Positions 1 through 11,613 of a stretch of 64,000 nucleotides of DNA are shown piece after piece. Below the pieces are notes generated by a model. That model did no database searches, was not told where the DNA came from, and saw only the letters and a list, made by a program, of their open reading frames with translations. The stretch is from positions 1,612,001 through 1,676,000 of the forward strand of contig OZ251223.1 of the NCBI GenBank assembly GCA_965240325.2. The letters are read 5' to 3'. Position 1 is the stretch's first letter, and each line of letters opens with the position of its first letter. The DNA comes from Rebecca billardiae RCC1528. Taxonomy: Eukaryota; Protista; Haptophyta. Both the position numbers and the translations under genes were made by a program.

Positions 1-837
1 GAGTACGTTGAACGCGGGCGCGACGACGAGCGGCGCGTTGATCACGAAGAGGCGCGCGCCGGTCTCCGGGAAGATCGTGAACGACTCGTGCGTGTCGAAC
101 GTGCCGCGGTAGCTCTGCACGCGCGGCGCCGTCGCGTGCCAGATCAGCTCGGCCACGCCGATCCCGTCGAGGTCGACAATCACCGTCTGCCGCACGAGCC
201 GCCCCTGGGCCTGCGTGAGCTCGTGAAGCAGCAGCTGCATCTGGATCTCGCGCGCCAGGCGGAACTGCAGGAACTCCACCGGGCTCACCGTCTCCACGAG
301 CTGCGCCCACGAGTGCAGCAGCGCGCGCGAGAAGACGAGGACAATGTCACCGTCCCGGTCGAGGGTGCCGGTCGGTAGGAACTCGCCCCAGCAGGGGAGC
401 ACGCGCGACGCGTGCGGCAGCCGCTCGAAGCGCCAGAAGTCGCGGGCGTCAGCAGACCACAAGGACTGGCGCAACTCCGCGGCCCCGAGGCGCTCGCGGA
501 GGCGCATCGCCTCCTCGAAGGCTGCCGCCGCCGTGGGTGCATCGTGCTTGTGGAAGCGGAGGAAGCGTAGCAGGGCTTGCTCGCTCAGCACCTCGGGGAA
601 GTCGCGCCCGGCAGCGCGCTCCGCGCGAATCGTCGTCTGGGCGAGTTCCACGAGTTGCTCGAGGTGCGCTCGCTCCACGGCGTCGATCTTTAGGCCTCGC
701 GCCTCTCCGGGCGGCTTGCGCACCGCGGGCGAGCGCGCGCTATCGCTGGACGCCGACGAGCCTGAAGATCTGCTGCTGTGCGACGGGCTGTCGCCCGCAA
801 TCACGCGCTTGCGCGGCGAAGGAATCTTCCAGCCCAT
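1..837 (-). CDS. CRAL-TRIO (Sec14-like) lipid-binding protein, 3' end runs off the window
   Basis: Hand translation of the minus frame, which is absent from the ORF track. ATG at 837 (MGWKIPSPRK). Contains the CRAL-TRIO-N motif LLRFLRFHKHD, then TVIVDLDGIG and FPETGARLFVINAP, matching the Sec14 'IxDLxG' and 'YPExxxxxxxINAP' signatures. Confidence 0.85.
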   Translation of the reverse strand, partial: MGWKIPSPRKRVIAGDSPSHSSRSSGSSASSDSARSPAVRKPPGEARGLKIDAVERAHLEQLVELAQTTIRAERAAGRDFPEVLSEQALLRFLRFHKHDAPTAAAAFEEAMRLRERLGAAELRQSLWSADARDFWRFERLPHASRVLPCWGEFLPTGTLDRDGDIVLVFSRALLHSWAQLVETVSPVEFLQFRLAREIQMQLLLHELTQAQGRLVRQTVIVDLDGIGVAELIWHATAPRVQSYRGTFDTHESFTIFPETGARLFVINAPLVVAPAFNVL

Positions 838-2226
838 CCGCACCGACGGCCCGCAGAGATGCCCGCCTGCTGCTGGGCCCGCGGGCGAGATACTCCGTGA
901 GGTGCGAAGGCCACACAGAGCGCTCCGGGGGCGTTTGCTGGCCCCTTCTTGGTGCACGTGCGCGGGCGCGCAGCGCGGGCTGCGCGGCAACCCCAAGCTG
1001 GGATCGCGTCGTTTCGGTTGGGTATGGAGGGGAAAATGACTTGACGTATTAATCACACCTTGACGCATCCCTATTCTCTCTCCTCCGCTCAGATTGCCGA
1101 AAGCATATGTCCGAGGACAACATTTGCGAAGGGAGCAACCTTCTTAAACCAACACAAACCAATAGTTCAGCATGCAAGTCAACATCGAGTAATTGCAAGT
1201 CGTAAATGGCGGGCCGTGTAATCGCTCCTTTACCCCTATAATGATAGTCCGAAACTCATCCATCTCCGTTTTAAAAGGCACAGCTTCTGGAAGGAACCGC
1301 TTGTAAGTAGCGCCTTGCTGGCCGCCTCGCGGCGGCGCCAGGTTGCCGCGTAGCAGGCGTGCTGAACGAGATCTACATCATGGCTCCGGGTGACCGTGTT
1401 CAGACTACTCCCAGCTGACGAGCTCTACGATAGTCTGCCGACGTGCGCTGCTGTGCGCAGTACAGCCCCCAATTGTACCCATCGAATCCTCGCACCGCTC
1501 GGTCCATCAGTCACGGGGCGCGCCTGCCGTGGCCTGGTGGCCAACGGGACCGTCCCACTCCTTCGACGGGGACGGGACTGGGAGTGCGAAGGTCATGCGA
1601 CCAGGCAGGGCAGGGGACACTGGCACGCAGGGTAGACGTGCACAGGAGGCTGCAGTTGCTTCACGCGCGAAGCTATGATTGAGGGCTGAGGCATCAGCTG
1701 GGCCGGCTCGCGGTGGGTGAGCGGACCACGTGCTGGTCCGGTCGCCGCACTCTAGCGAGCTCCGGAGAGCCGAGTGATGGTCTCTAGGCGGGACGGCATG
1801 CAAATGGCTCCGCTTGCTTCCTTGCAGAGGGCGCTACGCGGAGAGCACGTCAGTGCGTCCCAGATGATCGCAACTTGACTCCTCGCCCGCGCTGCAACAC
1901 TGCCTCTCGTTCAGACATTGCATACAGTTTACTAAGAATAAGAGACGCAGACAGCTCAGGCAGGCGACAGTAGCGTAGAAAGTGCGCATGCGCGCGCACG
2001 CCGCAACGTATGTGCTCCGCCGCGACGAATTCCTGTCTCGGCGCAGTGTGTGACCCGACATCGAAACGGGCCGAGCGACCGCCATCGCTTCATTCGTTCT
2101 CATCGTCATCAATTCAATAATTCATCGTTTGAGAAAAGCTTCAAAAATAAAGGCGAGGTCGGACGATGCCGACTCGCCAGATGTGAGCAAGGGCGGCGGC
2201 CGGCCTGCGCTCTCCGCGGTGCGCCG

Positions 2227-5200
2227 ATGAAGCGGCTCCACATCGGGTCGACGCCGGCCAAGTTTCAGTTCTCAGTCACTGTGCACAGCGTCGACCTCGG
2301 CCCGGCCAGCCCCGCCGGCGCGTATCACATGGTGTGGAGGCGCGGCAACCGCATCGCCAACACGAGCGCGCGGCCGCTCGGCGCACACGACGAGGGCAGG
2401 CTGGTTCTTGGCGAGACGCTGAGCCTCGTCTGCACGCTGTTCGAGCTCTCGCGCGCCAAGGAGCAGTCCCGCGACTCGCGGTACGAGGAGAAGCTCACCA
2501 CGCTCGCGCTGCACTACGAGGATCCGAACTCGAGCGGCGCGCCCCTCGGCAAGGCCACGTTCGACCTCGCGAGGCACACGGCCGCGCAGCGCGCGCCGAT
2601 CTCGCTCGACCTGCCGATCCTCAGCCGGAAGGGCGCGCGCGTCGGCAGCGTGCAGCTCACCATCTCGTGCCAGCCGCAGCGCTTCGACCACGCCGCCCTC
2701 GGCGACGACGAGGGCGCATCCGGCAATGAGTCAGACCCCTCGGATGAGGCGACAGCGGTCGCGTCCGCCGGCGGCAGCACGGGCTCGCCCGCGAGCAGCA
2801 GCACGACGGGGCTCAAGGGGATGTCGGCGATGAGCAGCGCGATCTCTGCGTATCGCAACGCCAGGAGCGGCAAGCGCTCGCCCGCCGACGGCCGGCAGGT
2901 TGCGCTGCCACCGCCGCCACCGCCGGCGGGCAGCAGAACCGCACACGCTCGGCCGCCGCTGCAGCCGCAGCAGCAGCCGGTGGCGTCGGCACAGCAGCTG
3001 CCGCAGCAGACGGCGGCGCTGCCGGCGCCGCCCGCACTGCCGCAGCCGCCGGCGCCCGCGCCGTATCCGCTCGCGCCACAGCCGCACGCAGGTGCCGCGC
3101 CCGGGCTGTCGCAGCCGCGGCCGCACGGCGCCGGCGCGGACGCCAACGCCGCAACGGCTCCTCCTCGTGCTTGGCACGGCCATGGCGGCGCAGTGCCCGC
3201 CGAGGCGGACGGCGCGCTCGAGTGGCACGTGGCGGCCTTGCGGTCTAAGGGCGGCCCGACCGAGGACGGGCTTCCCGCGCACGCCGCCGCGCAGCGCGAG
3301 GGCGGCGGCGGTGGCGGCGCCGGCGCCGCCGCCGCCGCCGCCGCCGCGCAGCCTGACACGACCGCGGCCGCCCGGCGCGCCCTGGAGGCGATGGAGCTGT
3401 CCGCCGAGCTCCGGGAGGCGGAGTGCGCGCTGGGCGAGGTGGCGCGGCGGCTGCTCGAGGCGGAGGTGCGCGCGCACGAGGAGGAGGAGCGCGCCTCCGC
3501 GGGCGAGGCCGCGCACGCCGCGGCGGAGGCGCGCGCGGCCGCGCTCGAGGCACAGGCGGTGCAAGCCCACGCCCAGACAGCGGAGGCGCTCGACCGGCTC
3601 GGCGCCGCGCTGCAGAAGGGCGCGGCGGAGCGCGGGCGCGACGCGGCGCGGGCGGCGGGCGCGGCGGGCTCGAGGGCGCCGGACGAGCTGCACGAGCAGG
3701 TGCGCGCCGCCCGGGCGCAGCTCGAGGCCGAGACGGCGCGCGCAGCCGCGCTCGCGGCCGAGCTCGCCGCCGCGCGCGAAGCGGCTCGCGGCGCTGACTC
3801 GCGCGCCGCGCAGCAGCGCGGCGCAAGCGCCGCGCGCGCCGAGCGGCTGGCCGCGGCGGCGGAGGCGGCGCGCGCCGCGGGCGCCGCGGAGGTGGAGGCG
3901 CTCGCCGAGGAGAAGGCGCTCTTCGTGCGCCGCTGCGCGGAGCTCGAGGAGGAGGTACGCCAGCCACGCGAGCGCGCGCGCCGTCCACTCCGCGCGCAAA
4001 GGCACCCCGCGGCACCGCCGGCACATGTCTGGGCGCACGCGCACGGCGCGCCGCCGGGATGCTGCGCCGCGCGTGGCATTCAGCCTCTGCTGCGCCGCGC
4101 GCTCACGCCGCGCGCACGGTGCTGCGCTCACGCCGCGCGCTCGCGCGCGCGCACCGCCCGCCCCCCGCCCTCCCGCGCGCAGACGCTGCACCTGCTCGGC
4201 GTGCAGGAGGGCCTGTCGCTGCAGCTGCAGCAGCTGCACGCGGACCAAGTGCCCGCGCTCTCGGCGTCCGAGGCGCGCGCCGCGCGGCTGCAGGCCGAGC
4301 TGGCGCGCGCGCTCGCGGCGGGTGGTGCGGCGGGGCACGCGGCGTCGGGCGGCGCGGACGCGGCGGAGCTCGCCGCGGAGCTCGCCGCCGCGCGCGACGA
4401 AGCGGCCGCCGCGCTGCGCGCCGCCGCGTCGGAAGCCGCCGGCCTGCGCGCGCGCGCGGCCAAGGCTGAGGAGCGCGCGCGCGCGGCCGCGCGGCGCGCA
4501 GACCTGCAGGGTGCGCGCGCCTCCGAGCTGAGCACGCAGCTGAGCGCGGCGGAGCACGCGCGCGCGCGGCTGGGCGTGGCGCTGGGCGCGACCGAGGCGG
4601 AGCTCGCCCTGATGGACGGCGCGTACGCCCAGCTCCTCGCCGAGCTCGGCGCCGAGCGCGCGCGCGCCGATGCACTCAGTACGGCGGACGCTGCGCGGCG
4701 CGCGGCGGACGCGCGCGCGCTCGCCGCGGCCGCGGCCGACGCGGACGCGGACGCGGCGGCGGACATCGACCCTGCTGTGCGGCAGGCGCACGCGCGCGCG
4801 CTCGCGCGCGTGCGCACGGACGCGCGCCTCGCGGAGGAGCGCGCGCGCACGGCCGAGCAGCGCGCGGCCCGCTCCGAGGCCGAGGCGGAGGCGGCGCTCG
4901 CGCGCGTGACGCAGGCTGGCTCGGATGCGGACGCGGCGCACGCGCGCGCCGCGCGCGCCGAGGCTTCGCGCGACCGTCTGCGCGCGCGCCTCGACGAGCT
5001 GGGCGCGACGACCGACGCGGAGGCGCTCGCGCTGCTACCAGAGTGCGCGCCGCGCCGCGCCGCGCCCGCGCCGCGCGCTCGGCGTCGCGCCGCGCGCCCA
5101 CCAAGCGGCAGCGGCGCTTACACGCAGCGCCGCCGTGCCCGCGCGTGCGCGCGCTGCGGCGCGGCAGGCTGCCTGCGGACGGCGCGGCCCTCGGGGATGG

Positions 5201-5558
5201 GGCGGAGGGCGACGCCGAGACGCGCGCGCGCGCGCGCGAGCTTCGCGCCGCGCGCGCCGAGCTCGAGCGCCGCACCCTCGAGCGTGACAGTGCCCTCACG
5301 GAACTTGGCAGCCTGCGCGAAGGCGCGGCGCGCGCGCTGCGGCACCGACTGGCGCTTGCTGCGCAGCTGGGCGCCGCCGAGGCGCGGCTCGAGACGCTGG
5401 AGACGGAGAAGGCGGCGGCGGAGGAGGGCATCGCCGCCGCGTTCAACGAGGTCGTGCGCGAGCTGCAGCTGCAGGTGCAGGCGCTCAGCGCGCGGAATGC
5501 GGAGCTGGAGGGCGCGCGCGCCGACGGCGCCGACTCGCGACCGGCGCCAGCGCCAAGC

Positions 5559-5589
<31 letters not shown>

Positions 5590-5840
5590 GCGGCGCGGCG
5601 AAGGCACTCCGGCTGCCCAAATCCCTCGGTGGCAAGACGTGGCGCCGCACGACCTCGTCGCAGGAGCAGCCGCGGGAGCAGGCGGGGGTGACCGCGTCGG
5701 CCACTGACTCGGAGCGCGGGGCGGGCGCCGACGATGGCGGCGCTGGCGCTGCGGCTGCCGACCCGCCGTCCCCTCGGCTCAGCCGCCTCCAGAGCCTGCA
5801 CGCGCCGAGGCTGAGCTTCCCGCGCTCAAGCAGCGGCTAG
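2227..5840 (+). CDS. NT-C2 (EEIG1/EHBP1-type C2) domain protein with Pro-rich linker and long coiled coil; introns about 3955-4182 and 5043-5167
   Basis: N-terminus KFQFSVTVHSVDL...MVWRRG...ETLSLVCTLF...YEEK...LGKATFDLA is typical NT-C2, followed by Ala/Glu/Arg heptads. The GTACGC..GCGCAG and GTGCGC..GGCAG introns join the 2050 and 5043 frames in phase. Confidence 0.75.
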
Positions 5841-5974
5841 GCTGCGCGCTGCAATATGAACCAGCACGCAGCGCATCATACCGTCGTACGAAGCCTATAC
5901 CAATAATCCTGCTAGTAGCCCAGCGCAACTATTTTAAAGTAGCAGCGGCGCATCAGTGTGGCATCAATATGCGG

Positions 5975-8179
5975 TTACTTCTGAAGAAAGTCACTGCCGG
6001 AGAGCCGGCTGCTGTACGCGGACTCGCGAGATGCAATCTCCGAGCGGAGGTCTGCGCGCAGAACGCTCATCGAGTCGTCGTACAGCGCGCTGCCACCCAC
6101 GAGGCCGGGGATGTCCGAGCGCTCGCCGAAGAGCGCCGTGGAGGTGCCATCGCTCAGCCCCGCCCGCGCCAGGCGGAGCTGGCCCTTCGGCGACGAGGCG
6201 CGCGGCCTGCCGGGCGAGCCGAGAGGGGAGCCGCGCGTGTGCGATGGGCTCGCGTCGGGCGACCGCGTGCCGCCGCGCGCGGTGGGCGCCGCCGATGCCA
6301 CGGCCGAGCGCGGCGGCGGCGAGGCGGCGAGCTCGCTGTGCTTGCGCTCGGCCCGCGCGAGCGCCTGCCGCTGCTCCCACTCCCAGCGCACGTTACTCAC
6401 GTGCGGCAGCAGGTAGTGGTGCTGCGGCAGCCCCTCGCCTATCAGCACGCCGCCGCGCACGCGCACGCGCGTGATGTCGTGCGCGAGCTCGCGCGAGCGC
6501 GTGCGCGCGAGCTCGTACGAGCCCACGCCCTCGTACGGGTCGAGCACCGCTCCGACGGCGAGCGGCTGCCCGTCCTCGTCCACAAAGTCGTTCGGGCGGA
6601 TGCTGCTCTCGAGCACAAAGCCGCCCCCTGCACGCGGCGGCTTGGACGGGAAGCCCGCAGGCACGCCACGCCGGATGGCGCCGCCTGCGCCGCCCGAACT
6701 GCGCGAGGCCACGACGCGCTCGGACTCGAGCGCGGCGAGCAGCTCGAAGAGCGCCTCTTCCTCCGCCTCCTCGTCGAGCTCCTCCGCCTCCCCGGCCCCA
6801 TCTCCGCCGGCGTCCGGCGCTGCGGAGAAGTCCGGCCCCGCCATCAGCAGCTCGTCCTCCGCCGAGAAGCCGCCCGCGCCGACGCCCGCGCGCGAGCTCG
6901 AGCTGATGGGGCGGCTGACGCCGATGCTCAGCGCGCTCAGGTCCTCGTCGGGCTGGGACGCCGCGGTCGACATCAGCCGCCCGCGCATCGACTCCGCGCG
7001 CTCGAGCCCGGCCGGCGACCGGAACGAGCCTGCGCGCGCGTCGAGCATTCGACCCCTGCCCGCGCGCGGGCTGCTGCGTGCCATGCCGACGGCGGGGAGC
7101 TCGCCAGCCGCGTCCGTGCCGCCGCCCGCGGAGCGCGACCGTCGCGGCACCGCCGGCTCGGCCAGCGCGGCCGCCGACGCCGCCTGCACGCCGGAAGCTT
7201 GCGCCGTGACGCCATCCGCGTGCTCGAGCGCCGCAGCGCTGTCGGACGCGCTCGTGGCTGCGGCCCCTGCGATGCGGCCGCCAGCGAGCGCGTCGAGAGT
7301 GGCACCGTCGGCGGCCTGCGCGGGGGCCGGCTGCGCGCCGGCACCTGGCGGCGAGGGCGGCGCAGGCGGCTGCGCAGGCGCGCCGGCTGGCCGCGGCGAC
7401 CCCTCGCCTTCTGAGAGCGCCCGGTGGACGGCCGATCGCGGCGCGTGTGCGCTGCCGTCCACGCCATCGTCCGTGCCTCCGCTGCCGCCGGCAGCGCGGG
7501 GCGCTTCAGACTCGGCGAGCTGCGCTGGGCCCCAAGCGGCTGCTGCGCCCAGCTGTGTTGCTCGTGGCCGGGCGCCGACGGGCGGCTCGCTCCCGGGAAC
7601 CGGCGGCAAATCGCCCACCACGCCGACGCCCGTCGACGAGCGGCGAGCCGCAGGTGGGCCCGAGCGAGCGGCGATTGCGCGCCCAGCCTCTGGGGAGTGC
7701 GCTCGGTGGACTGCCGTCCGCGCGGGCTCGGCACCCGCCGGTGCCGCTGCAGGAGCCGCCTCGCGCCCTTTTCTGCGCCTCCGTGCGCGCGGCACGGGGG
7801 CGGGGACGGGGATGGCACGTCCGGGGACGCGCACACCCGGTGGCTTCTCCAGCTTGACGTTGGTGAAGGGCAGGCTGGGGAGGTCGTCGACACGCGGCGC
7901 GGGAACGATGGCGCCGGGGAGCGCGTGCACTCGCATGACTGCACCGCGCTGCTGGGACACGGTGAGGAAGCCGGCTGGGCTCGGCGGGGCCGCACGCGCG
8001 CCCCCAGCGGCGCGCATGGCGCGGCTCTTTGTCGACGGATGCGAGCGGGCATGCAGGTACTTGGGAACGCGGATCAACGAGCTCGGCGCGGACAAGCCCG
8101 TGCTCACCGCGCGCTGCTCGATCTCATTGAAGAGCTCGCCGTGCAGCTCCTCCCATTCTCGCGCCACATCGTCATCCAT
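5975..8179 (-). CDS. Hypothetical protein (734 aa, largely low-complexity)
   Basis: Long ATG-to-TAA ORF with non-shadow composition at both ends (MDDDVAREWEELHGELFNEIEQ; FVLESSIRPNDFVDEDG...WEWEQRQ). No family recognised. Confidence 0.6.
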   Translation of the reverse strand: MDDDVAREWEELHGELFNEIEQRAVSTGLSAPSSLIRVPKYLHARSHPSTKSRAMRAAGGARAAPPSPAGFLTVSQQRGAVMRVHALPGAIVPAPRVDDLPSLPFTNVKLEKPPGVRVPGRAIPVPAPVPRARRRRKGREAAPAAAPAGAEPARTAVHRAHSPEAGRAIAARSGPPAARRSSTGVGVVGDLPPVPGSEPPVGARPRATQLGAAAAWGPAQLAESEAPRAAGGSGGTDDGVDGSAHAPRSAVHRALSEGEGSPRPAGAPAQPPAPPSPPGAGAQPAPAQAADGATLDALAGGRIAGAAATSASDSAAALEHADGVTAQASGVQAASAAALAEPAVPRRSRSAGGGTDAAGELPAVGMARSSPRAGRGRMLDARAGSFRSPAGLERAESMRGRLMSTAASQPDEDLSALSIGVSRPISSSSRAGVGAGGFSAEDELLMAGPDFSAAPDAGGDGAGEAEELDEEAEEEALFELLAALESERVVASRSSGGAGGAIRRGVPAGFPSKPPRAGGGFVLESSIRPNDFVDEDGQPLAVGAVLDPYEGVGSYELARTRSRELAHDITRVRVRGGVLIGEGLPQHHYLLPHVSNVRWEWEQRQALARAERKHSELAASPPPRSAVASAAPTARGGTRSPDASPSHTRGSPLGSPGRPRASSPKGQLRLARAGLSDGTSTALFGERSDIPGLVGGSALYDDSMSVLRADLRSEIASRESAYSSRLSGSDFLQK

Positions 8180-9589
8180 ATCACGCCCCGACGAGGGCCC
8201 ACGATGGCGACGTGAGGGAGTGGATCAAGGAGTGCTTATGTACCAAGGTCGTCCAGGTAGAAAGAACATCACGACCAAGGACTGCCACGCCCGAAACTGC
8301 GCGATCGAAGAAACAGCGTAACAGACGCCCGCCATTTTGTGGTTGTACGACGATTTGCATTTTGATATGACGCAGGTCTGCATGCTGCTTTTGTGCTTTG
8401 CGTCACGGACTCACGGTGCCTCGGTGGCAGCGCTCGATCGTCGGCAAGTCGACGTTGGTGGCAGAGCGCCGGCCGCAACGCAATCGTTAATCGAGCAGCA
8501 TGTCTCAGGCATGAGAGCGCGGCTTGAGCCATGTCACAGACTAAGGCGGGTGGCGTGGCGCGCAGCCGCCGCGTGGGCGCGCAGCACTCGACAATGGCGC
8601 GTGCCACTCGCAGGCTTGCCACGGTAGCCAGTACGCCCGAACTTTCGCGCGCGCGCCGTGAGTGCGCTCCTACCCTCCTTTCCATCTGGAACTGCCGACG
8701 CTGTTTCACGGGCCCGCCGCACTGTAAGACCGCCGTCCAAGCGGCCTCCGTCCGCACGGGAGTCCGTCCACTGCATGAGCGGGGTTGGCATTCGCGCAAT
8801 GCACATGCTGCTGAGAAAGATCTTGCCAGGAGGCGCGGCGCACAGGTGACTGTTGCAAGCGCACAGCACGTGCTCAGATTGCAAGCTCACCTTGACAGCC
8901 ACACTCGACATTGATGCCGTCTGCTCGCGCCGGCCATGTCTGCTGGTTTGGCAGCGGCGCGAAGCATCAAGGTCAGCTCGGTAGCGGGGTGGGCAGTAGC
9001 GCATGCATCCAATGCGTGGGGTGGGCGCATCGGACCTCCAGCCGGCCAAGCTGGGTTGCACAACGGCGCCGCGCAGACCGCGCAATTGATGCTCGCAGCC
9101 TGCCAGGCAAGGTTGCAGGTGCCATGGGCCATGCGACTACCGCCGGCACCCTGGCGCGCACTCGAGTGCTCTGCGCGAGATCACGCTCGCATGCGTCGCC
9201 ATGAGCGCGGGTGTGCGAGGTCAGCCGTCGAGCAGGTGGGCCCGGTCGTGCGCAAGGGTATCGACGAAAGGAGCGATGATTGTGCCATCATGATTGTGTG
9301 CGATTTCGGAAAATCATATGGGGGAAGGATTTTTGTTTATTCGTGGGTTTCCAGGATATTTCCCCCGATGAGCTTCGTCAGTAGCGCATGGTAGGGTGGT
9401 ATGTTGATGCTCAAATACCACTTTCGGCCCACCCATGTGGGCCTGTCTGGGTAGCGCAACCGCATAGTATTCATGGTGAGTCCGGAGTACCGGGCGGCTA
9501 CTTGTAATACTTGGAAATGTGATCATCCCGCAAATTCGAGAAGTCGTCGCCCTGTCGAAGGGGATCTTTGTCAGAGTACCTCATTTTAT

Positions 9590-9826
9590 CACCGATTTCG
9601 GGCAACCGTGCTCATAAAGTCTGATTGTGTGACTTCAGATTGGAAAGTCAAGTCGAACCGACTTCGACTTCCAAAGCTTCTGTCGAATCCTGAAGCGAAG
9701 TGAGCTTGCGATTTGCGTTCCACTTTGGAAGTCGAAGCGGAACCCGTGTCAAAGCCGCGAACCCTCTTCTGAGAAGTTGGCTTCACACTTTGGGAGCACT
9801 TTGCCCAATCGGGTTCGGGTTCGCTT

Positions 9827-9864
<38 letters not shown>

Positions 9865-11042
9865 TTCTCCGGCGGCGGGGCGCGCACGGGGCACGGCGCG
9901 GCGGGAGCGGATGTGCTCGCAGAGCCGGCGCGTGCGGACGGGCTGTTGTGGAAGTGCACGTGGCGCCCTCCTGCGCCGCGCGTCTTGCGCCACGCCTCTC
10001 TCGCCGCGGCTCAGGGCAGCGCGCATGCGCGCGCCGCCTCAAGGCCAGCCTAGTGCCGCGCCGCAGCCGACCGCGCGCGCGCCGTGCGCGGCGTGGCCGG
10101 GAAGGATCGGGCGCGGCTGCCGGGCGAGATGGCGATGCCATACGCGCACGCCATGCCGCCCCGCGACGCCGCGAAAGGGCACAATAACGGATCCACACAG
10201 CTGTTGACGAGTTGGCTGACCACTAGTCGTAACAAGCCAGACCTGAGCTCGAAGAAGATGATGAACGATCATCAGCGCGAGAAAAGCGTCGCATGGCGCA
10301 CCTTCTACATGGCCGTATGGTGATAGACACGCATGCACGCACAGCACTTGTGCCCGTCTGGCACCGTTCTGCGTCTCAATGATCGTCCCGACAAGGGTCA
10401 CGACCGCGAGGCCGTGCACGCCATTTGTGACAAGCCGAAGAGGCATGCAAACGGACCGATGACACGGTCGTCAAGGCGTGGCGGGGCGGCATGGCGAGCA
10501 CACGTGGGGTCGCCATCTCGCCCGGCAGCCGCGCCCGTTCCTTCCCGGCCACGCCGCGCACGGCGCGCGCGCGGTCGGCTGCGGCGCGGCACTAGGCTGG
10601 CCTTGAGGCGGCGCGCGCATGCGCGCTGCCCTGAGCCGCGGCGAGAGAGGCATGGCGCAAGACGCGCGGCGCAGGAGGGCGCCATCTGCACTTCCACAAC
10701 AGCCCGTCCGCACGCGCCGGCTCTGCGAGCACATCCGCTCCCGCCGCGCCGTGCCCCGTGCGCGCCCCGCCGCCGGAGAAGCCCTCGCCGCCGCCGCCGC
10801 CCGCTGACCAACTCGACCTGTACTTTGGCTTCGCTTCGGAACGACTTTGCCACTCCGAGTCGTCAAGTTTGCGAAGCGGTACCGAAGCGAGACCCGTTCG
10901 CAAAGGACGTTCGACTTCATAGGACCGAAGGTGTTCTGAACTAGGAGCTGGCTTCCGAACACACTTCCGAAGAGGGGATGAAGTTGAAGTCTCACTTCAG
11001 CTTGAGAATCACTTTGATGAGCACGGTTGCCCGAAATCGGTT
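9590..11042. mobile_element. Non-autonomous foldback/TIR element: about 30-bp terminal IRs plus about 325-bp internal inverted arms
   Basis: ACCGATTTCGGGCAACCGTGCTCAT(-)AAAGT at 9591 is the reverse complement of ACTTTGATGAGCACGGTTGCCCGAAATCGGT ending at 11041. The arms at about 9845-10170 and 10475-10800 are near-identical reverse complements. Confidence 0.8.
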
Positions 11043-11258
11043 ATATGATAAGTGACCTCACCTTTTGCTTGCCCCGTGCTTCGGGCATATACCGGCTTTA
11101 CCCACACGCCCGCGGACCGTTTCTATCAGTTTAAACTTGGTAATTACCGGCGCCCTGCGGGTATCTCAACCACCTTGCCCAAGCTTTGCCCAGAGTAGGG
11201 CCTGATAGAATTGCTGTCATCAACCGCCATGCCGTTTCGTGCTTGTGATAACCTGGCG

Positions 11259-11435
11259 TAACCACCTGCGCTTGGAGCGTACTCACAGGTAGTAGGCGCA
11301 CTTGAATTCTCGGGTGAATTCCATGTGTAGGGGGATTGGGAAATGATAACCACCTGCGCTTGGAGCGTACTCACAGGTAGTAGGCGCACTTGAATTCTCG
11401 GGTGAATTCCATGTGTAGGGGGATTGGGAAATGAT
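11259..11435. repeat. Perfect tandem duplication, 88-bp unit x2
   Basis: ACCACCTGCGCTTGGAGCGTACTCACAGG...GGGAAATGAT starts at 11261 and again at 11349. Confidence 0.95.
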
Positions 11436-11613
11436 TACAATGGCGCGCGTTTTTGTAAATGGTTGGTTTTTGCGTCCACCAAGGAAGCTCGCGGGATCCG
11501 CTCAAGAACCACAACCCCTGGAGACGAGTACTCCTATAATCATGGTAATCTTGCCACCTTGGAGTGCTGGACGTGTGGGTCCCCGGGCTGCTGGGTAGGG
11601 CGACGACAAATCC

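Noticed and set aside
8269-9400. Several 60-180 aa ORFs upstream of the foldback element (similar ones at 1390-2112)
   Set aside because: No consistent coding frame, splice pattern or domain.
11259-11435. 88-bp, 32-bp (63344) and 10-bp (31898) direct repeats as a possible CRISPR array
   Set aside because: Head-to-tail copies with no unique spacers, no cas genes, and a eukaryotic context.
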